Of a DNA stretch of 64,000 bases, positions 56,049-64,000 are shown one piece after another. The translations under genes and the position numbers were made by a program. The notes under the pieces were generated by a model. That model searched no databases and had not been told where the DNA came from. It saw only the letters and a program-made list of their open reading frames with translations. The first letter of the stretch is position 1, and every line of letters begins with the position of its first letter. Source of the stretch: Octopus sinensis (taxonomy: Eukaryota); NCBI RefSeq assembly GCF_006345805.1, contig NC_043021.1, positions 28,210,001 to 28,274,000 on the forward strand. Reading direction: 5' to 3'.

Positions 56049-56755
56049 ATACGTACATACATACCCTACACATATATATTAAAGATAAATAGATTGATGA
56101 ACAGAGAGATACATAAGGTAGCTTTTAAATGTTTATACTTATATACGCAAATGTATATAACGTGTATAGTTGAAATATATATTGATTTCTTGAATAAATC
56201 ACTGGCGGACAGAGAGGTTTTAACAGATGGAAACATGAAAGATAGGTGTATGTTATTGATGCTCAAGGGCATTAGCAAACATAGATGTGAAGTAAACAAA
56301 AATATATGTGTAATAGGGGTAATTGAAGCTGCAGATCTTAACAGGAACTTGCTCTTCGTTCTTTGGCTGCTCCATTAATACATACATATATATATACATA
56401 TATATATATATATAATATATAAATATATATATATATACATATATCTAAATATGTATATATATATATACATATATTAAATATATATAATATATGATTATAT
56501 ATATATATATATGTATATATTTATAGTATATATATATATGTATGTATATATATATAATAAATTATATATGTTATAATATATATTATTATTATATATATAT
56601 ATATATAGATTATATATATTATAACATACATATATAACATATATATATATATATATATAATATAATATATACATCTATATATCTATATTATATAATCTAT
56701 ATAAATATATATACATATATAATATATATATAATATATATATATATACATATATA

Positions 56756-56810
<55 letters not shown>
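55980..56810. repeat. Long interrupted (TA)n tracts
   Basis: Direct reading. Confidence 0.9.
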
Positions 56811-56813
<3 letters not shown>

Positions 56814-57003
56814 TGCTCACACCTTTGAAAAAATGAACGCCTCGGGGCAGTGGGTAATATAATTGAAAACGCATGAAAAATACGAGGACAGGAAACAGTA
56901 CGGCGCCATGATATCGTTGTTTTGAGAGAGAGAAGACAACGGAGAAACTAGTTGTGAATGTCACAAATACTATGTTTACAAATTATACGTGCAATGAATA
57001 GAA

Positions 57004-57048
<45 letters not shown>

Positions 57049-57849
57049 TATATATTATAGATATATATATGTGTGTGTGTGTGTGTGTATTAGATGTAAA
57101 TAAATTGGAAAAGCATAGACACTTTAAAACCAGAAGACAAGTTATTTCTCAACGGAGAATTCTGTATTCAACTTACACTTTTAGTGCGGACATTAGTGGA
57201 AGTAAATTATGCACGTGTATATGTGTGTATTTTTGTGTGTGTATGTGTGTGTTTGTATGTGTGTATTTTTTGTGTGTATGTGTGTGTGTTTGTATGTGGG
57301 TACTTGTGTGTGTGTGTGCGTGTATGTGTAACTAATTGTGCAGAGCAAAGACAAAGAAATAAAATGCAAAAGAAAGACAAAAACATAGAAACCTATCTAA
57401 CCTCATTATTCCTTAACCGAATGTCTTTGCAATTCTGGTGCTTCACCAACAGGATTTCTCGCCACAGTGTAACAGTAACTGATGTTACAGAGGACAATGT
57501 TCTGAGGACATGACGACCAAGATGAAAGCAGTGATGAAACATAGAAACAACACTATACGAAAATATACATAATTAATTACATGTATTTAAATCTCTGCAC
57601 GTCATAAAAAATTATCTCGCGTAGCTTAGTGATGTAGGACAGAGGATAAAATGACAAGGATTATATATTAGTGACAGAAGCAATATTAATACCGAGTGGT
57701 AATATTTATCCCTTAATTGCTTAGTATTACTTAAATTTTCCTCGAATGAGGCTTTTACATGCCGAAATCTACTTGGGTAATTAATAATTTTCCAAATTAA
57801 TTAATTTCACCCTATATTGTTACTGATATATATATCTATATATATATAC

Positions 57850-57881
<32 letters not shown>

Positions 57882-58128
57882 CATATATATATATATATAT
57901 ATAGTATATATATGTATATATAAATTTGGAGAAAGAAACGAAATGACGCGAGGGCGCTCAGTCATATAATAATTAATAAATAAAATATATGCATACATAC
58001 ATACATAAATGTACGTACCTTCATCTATATGTATATATACATGCATATATATGTATATATATTATATATAATATATATATTATATATATATATATTATAT
58101 ATAATATATATTATATATATATCTATAT

Positions 58129-59026
58129 ATCAACAATTGACGGTAAATTATTAGTTATTAATCAATTTCACCAAGTATTCAGTATGTAAAGGACCATTTA
58201 AGGTGAATTCAAAATATTACATTATATAATTAGGGCTTAGTAAAATAAATTACTTTGCCACATACTGAACTTTCTAGAAATAGCAGCCAAAAAAGTTTTT
58301 AGCCATTTCCACTACTTAAAGAAATTTCTCTCAGATAATGTTTACTCAAATTACTCACGAAGGTATGGAGGTTAAAACAGAAAATATCACAAGGACAAAG
58401 ATTATTTGAGAACGTTAACGTTTCTAGATTAGCCAAATAAACTCAGCATTTCTTTCGTCAGCTCAACATTTCTTATTTTGGATTGGAAGCACTAAAAGAA
58501 AGAACATACCCTTTGGCGACTTATCACCTCAGATGACCCGTTCAAACTGCCAGTACTAACAACATCAAAATGTGCAAGCGAAGATTCCCTGCTCTCCCCT
58601 TCCACCCACGTGGGATCTATCAAACATATATTTTAACGGTGAGAACCGGGGCAATATGACAGAGAGAAATGAATTATAATATCAACAATTGAGGGTAAAA
58701 TTAATTAGTTATTAATCATTTTCACCAAGTATTCAGTATGTAAAAGGACCATTTAAGGTGAATTCAAAATATTACATTATATAATTAGGGCTTAGTAAAA
58801 TAAATTACTTTGCCACATACTGAACTTTCTAGAAATAGCAGCCCAAAATTTTTTTGTACTTGTGATATTTTTCTGTTTTTACCTCCATACCTTCGTGAGT
58901 TATTTTGAGTAAACATTATCTGAGAGAAATTTTCTTTAAGTAGTGGAAATGGCTAAAAAACTTTTTTGCTGCTATTTCTAGAAAGTTCAGTATGTGGCAA
59001 AGTAATTTATTTTACTAAGCCCTAAT

Positions 59027-59030
<4 letters not shown>
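58129..59030. mobile_element. Penelope-terminal-repeat-like composite (direct + inverted partial copies) between (TA)n tracts
   Basis: 58129-58288 recurs directly at 58681-58843; 58224-58393 recurs inverted at 58858-59030; contains an HHR fold. Confidence 0.7.
58406..58466 (-). ncRNA. Type-I hammerhead-like ribozyme, canonical CUGACGA core
   Basis: TTGAG / CTGACGA / A-AGA...TCT-A / GAAA-CGTTAACG-TT / CTCAA. Confidence 0.65.
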
Positions 59031-59108
<78 letters not shown>

Positions 59109-59209
59109 TACAGGACACCACAAATACGTAGAACACCGAGAAACGAATACATAAAAACAAACTAGGAAACGGACTTTTTTTTCACAACGAAAATACAAGG
59201 AATATTCCC

Positions 59210-59268
<59 letters not shown>

Positions 59269-59654
59269 ATATCTATATATATATATGTATATGTATGTAT
59301 GTATCAAGTTGTAACTGTAATTCAAACGTGCAAGCCTTGTCATATTCTGTGTGAGGCTGAATCTCCCTGAGAACTATGTTAATATTACGCATGTCTGTCT
59401 ATGTCTTTCACTTCCCTTGTGTCCTTCTTCTCTCCCGCTTTTGATTTAACAATGTGTATATGTGTCTATGTATCCACTTCTATTGCGATGAACGCCGTCA
59501 CAAGTCACTGTCCCTTTCACTCCCTCGCTTTCCCTCTGGCCAAAATAAGATTAAGATTAATGTAAAAAATAAATAACACTGAAGCAAAGTAACACCAAAT
59601 ATATAGTGCGTGTGTTTTTATTGGCTAACTTGCAAAATGACCATTCCTAAATAC

Positions 59655-59700
<46 letters not shown>

Positions 59701-59907
59701 ATGTAGGTCCCGGGTTGATTCGGGGTTAACCACAGTAAATAAGGTACTCAATACATAGCAGAGTAAAGTTCTCTTGAATGAAACAGTTCTAGTCCTGTAG
59801 AAGCTCCTTCTATATAATAAATATATATATGTACATATGTACGTATACATATATACATACATATATATATATACAACATATAGATATGCATATATGTATA
59901 TATATAT

Positions 59908-59968
<61 letters not shown>

Positions 59969-60449
59969 CATACATATAGACAAACATACATATAAAAATA
60001 CATGTATATATATATATATGCCTCGATCGAATAACACCGTTTACAAGACTACGTTTGGAATGACTAATTCTAAACGCCACTGGAACTCACACACAAGGTA
60101 CAGGTAACTTATATATACACAATTCTGCTTAGATAATGGAACTGCAGATACAATGTCCTCGTGAGTTGATTTGGTAGACGGAAATTTAAAGAAGCCCGTC
60201 GTATATATGCAAATATGTGTGTGTATGTGAGTGTGTTTGTGTGTATGTATTTGTTTGTCTTTTTCCCCACCATCTTGACTATAGATGTTGGTGTTCTTAC
60301 ATCCCCATAACTTAACGGTTCGGAAAAAGAGACCGATACAATATGTACTAGGATTACAAAGAATAAGTTCTGGGTTCGATTTATTCAACTAAAGACGGTG
60401 GTCCAGCATGGCCACAGTCAAATGACTGAAGCAAGTAAATAATAAGAGA

Positions 60450-60524
<75 letters not shown>

Positions 60525-61086
60525 CATGAATATTCGTGTGCTTGCATGTACTTATATACACACATATATATTTGAATATATACGTATATGTATACATTTA
60601 CATACACAACACATATATGTCAATAAATACCCACACGCGAGCGCACACACATACATATGCGCAAAATCGCAAAACTAAAAATATAAAATCGTTCACAATT
60701 CGTTAAAAACTAGTTAAGAGTCATACAAATAATAAATAATTTAAAAACCAAGGAATATAATCAGGAGCTTGACGTCGTTCGTAACGATTTACTTGGCAGA
60801 AAATATATCGTTTATTTGATTAGGGAATCCCGTAGAGTAAATGAACAGAAGTTTCTGGTGCCATTAATGTCCGCTATTCGGATTAGACTGTTGAAAAATT
60901 TCTATAAACAGTAGGGAATTATCTTTACTCATCACGTAACACCATATTTACTAAAAACCGGTGGATACTATTTAGATCTATGATTGAATAAGACAAATGC
61001 ATGCAAATGTGTAAATTTGTATCTGTAGAAAATTTTGTGACAGCTCCGCCACAAAATATGTATATGTTGGTATGTATGTATGTATA

Positions 61087-61123
<37 letters not shown>

Positions 61124-61616
61124 GAGAAGGAAAGAAATTCTGTGCAAATGTTCAATAAGATCAAGAGATCATTTATCCATTGCGTTTTTGCCAAATGTGT
61201 TTTTAAAGACAGAGGTCGTGATCATGCATTGTCGGAAATATTGGCAAGAATATTGATATGAATGTAAAACGCAATTTTGCCATCGATTGATTAAACAAGC
61301 GCAATCTGTTTTGGCAATGCGTTCGAAAGAGGAAAAAATTACGAATCGATTATTGTGGTATATTCATATAGATTCATGCACTTTGAGACACAAGTACGAA
61401 CGCATACAACCCGGCGTAATAGAAACAGAAAACATTTCAGCTATATATGTGTGTGTGTGGGGGGGGGGGCGTGCGTGCGTGTGTGTGTGCGTGTACACGA
61501 AATGTATGTAACCATGCATATGTATATATACATTGATATATATATATATATATATACATATATAGACACATATATACATACACACACACACACACAAATA
61601 TATATATATATATATT

Positions 61617-61800
61617 TAGTTAATCCAAACATGAAAACACAAAGAGAAAATAACAACGTGAGGACGTGGAACAAGTATAGTGTTATTGGACGCCCAGGAA
61701 AGAAGGAAAGAAGGAGGGTTTAACGTTTCGAGCGGAGCTCTTCGTCAGAAACATAGGATAAGGAAAGATCCAAGGAAGGGAAGACGGAGGGAAAAAATCG
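61617..61800 (-). mobile_element. Penelope-terminal-repeat-like unit ending at (TA)n
   Basis: Diverged inverse homolog of 62465-62640 and 62721-62895. Confidence 0.65.
61718..61752 (-). ncRNA. Minimal type-I hammerhead, CUGACGA core
   Basis: GTTT / CTGACGA / A / GAGC-TCC-GCTC / GAAA-CG-TT / AAAC; stem III reduced to the ACGT palindrome. Confidence 0.7.
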
Positions 61801-62402
61801 TCAACAGTACACACGCGGTCACATTTAAATGGTGGCTGCCCCCTCGTTATCGAGTATGGCCATTGCACGAAGCTTAATCAATGTTGTTATCGTGCAATGC
61901 CTGTGCAAGAAGATTTTTTTTAAAGTGAAGAAAGGCTGTGCACTGAATCAATCCCACTCACTAAGCAACAGCAGCCATAATCCGAAAAGAAGAACAAGTC
62001 AACATCATCGGCAACCACTGAGCCGCAGGTTTTATGTCGGAGTTATCCCAGTTACCTGAGTTACCTTCTCTTAGAAGGGTGCCCTAACAAAGGCTAGGAG
62101 TCCTTCACTCCCAATGGTTTAACCGCGCGATCGAGTATTCAGTCCGATTATTTCTATGTCTCCGCGCATGATACATCCTTAGGACATTTATTGGAAGGCC
62201 GTTGACTCTCAAGAGTTCCTCTGCCCTTTGACGGGTTTTGTTCTTCATCCCGCAGGGTGTCCAATAAACACCCCCCTCACCAAGCAAGCTTGGTTGAATT
62301 GCCGGTTTAGACGCCGACAACCCGACCATGCAACAGGTTGTACTAGGTTACATGTTACCAGTAGCACTCGACAGTGACCTGGCATATCACATTTAGATAC
62401 AC

Positions 62403-62465
<63 letters not shown>

Positions 62466-62504
62466 TCCTCTGTCTTCCCTTCTCTGGATCTTTCCTTCTC
62501 CTAT

Positions 62505-62539
62505 GTTTCCGACGAAGAGCTCCGCTCGAAACGTTAAAC
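62505..62539 (+). ncRNA. Minimal hammerhead, CCGACGA core (tandem copy 1)
   Basis: GTTT-CCGACGA-A-GAGCTCCGCTC-GAAACGTT-AAAC. Confidence 0.6.
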
Positions 62540-62631
62540 CTCTTTTCCTTCTTTCTTGAGCGTCCAATAATACTATATTTGTTCCACGTCCTCGCGTTGT
62601 TGTGTTTTTTTTAGTGCTTTCATGTTTGGAT

Positions 62632-62723
<92 letters not shown>

Positions 62724-62761
62724 CCTCTGTCTTCCCTTCTCTGGATCTTTCCTTCTCCTAT

Positions 62762-62796
62762 GTTTCCGACGAAGAGCTCCGCTCGAAACGTTAAAC
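62762..62796 (+). ncRNA. Minimal hammerhead, CCGACGA core (tandem copy 2)
   Basis: Identical motif 257 nt downstream of copy 1. Confidence 0.6.
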
Positions 62797-62887
62797 CTCT
62801 TTTCCTTCTTTCTTGAGCGTCCAATAATACTATATTTGTTCCACGTCCTCGCGTTGTTGTGTTTTTTTTAGTGCTTCATGTTTGGAT

Positions 62888-63000
<113 letters not shown>

Positions 63001-63541
63001 TGATAGAAGATCAGGTTTCAAGTGAAGCAAGCACTTAAATGGTAAGGCAGTGGGTTGGGTCGAAAATTAAATGTGTACGCAGCGAATGGCAGTTTTTGCT
63101 AATGGTGTAATGTCAGCATTAATTAATAAGAAATTCGTTGGAAACAGGTGTAGTGAATTGCCACATTATCTATCTGCTCTTATTTATTTATTTACACTCG
63201 CACACACAAACACACATTAATTTATTCTTTTACTTGTTGTGGGTAGTTGACTGTGGCCATGCTGGAACACCACCTTTAGTCGATTAAATCGTCCCCTGAA
63301 CTTATTCTTTGTAAGCCTAGTACTTATTCTACCGGTTTTTTTGTTGAGCTGCTATGTTACGGGAACGCAAACACACCAACATCGGTTGGCAAGCAATGGT
63401 GGGGCGACAAACACAGACATACAAATACATACATTATCTCTCTGTCTCTGTCTCTCTCTCTCTCTCTATCTATCTCTCTCTATATATATATATATAGTTA
63501 TCGCCATAATAATATGGCAGTCTTATAAATATAAGACTAAA

Positions 63542-64000
63542 GCTGTCGCTGATTAGCTCCAAGAGGCCACCGCCTCTAGCTAGCTATTTGACACACAACC
63601 TGCGTCCATTACAAACCTTCGAACAGGGGAGGTCAGCCGCTTCATCCTGCTAGTGAGACAGCTGCAGACATGTTTCAGGGTTGTTGCCCTTTATCAATGC
63701 TGCCGTAATCTCCTTTACAGAGACTTAGTAATTTTAATATTTCTATTATTGAAAACAAGTGGATGTATTCCACTGTAACTAGGTAAATATAATCTTCGAA
63801 CAGAGACGGTCAGTAGCTACACCTGCGGGTCTGACGACGCTGCATTGATAAAGGGCAACAACCCTGAAACATGTCTGCAGCTGTCTCACTAGCAGGATGA
63901 AGCGGCTGACCTCCCCTGTTCGAAGGTTTGTAATGGACGCAGGTTGTGTGTCAAATAGCTAGCTAGAGGCGGTGGCCTCTTGGAGCTAATCAGCGACAGC
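63542..64000. repeat. 159-bp apparently perfect inverted repeat (63542-63700 / 63842-64000), 141-bp spacer; may extend past the window
   Basis: Arms compared by eye; no mismatch seen. Confidence 0.95.
63836..63885 (+). ncRNA. Type-I hammerhead-like ribozyme with U3-A8 core variant
   Basis: GAC-GCTGCA / TTGATAA / AGGG-CAACAA-CCCT / GAAA-CATG-TC / TGCAGC-T-GTC. Confidence 0.7.

Overview
AT-rich eukaryotic DNA made up mostly of microsatellites ((TA)n, (CA)n, (TACA)n, (AAT)n, (GAA)n) and decayed transposons. The repeat families resemble those of an octopod cephalopod; this is an inference and no database search was run. No host protein-coding gene can be supported, only one weak candidate exon. 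Recognisable mobile DNA: RTE-group LINEs, a 3.1-kb CR1 LINE nested in an RTE with a 7-bp target-site duplication (TSD), R4/Dong-like LINE pieces embedded in (AAT)n arrays, a HERO-like fragment, three mariner relics, a Chapaev3-like transposase relic, Helitron pieces, three tRNA-like SINE families, a 14-bp minisatellite and a 188-bp palindrome. The main unexplained signal is a set of short non-coding elements between about 32 and 64 kb. They carry type-I hammerhead-ribozyme (HHR) folds with palindromic stem III and variant cores (CCGANGA, UUGAUAA), form near-perfect inverted and direct repeats, and mostly end in (TA)n tracts. They are most simply read as Penelope-like terminal-repeat or retrozyme-like elements; no matching RT/GIY-YIG ORF was found in the window. 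All folds were paired by eye.
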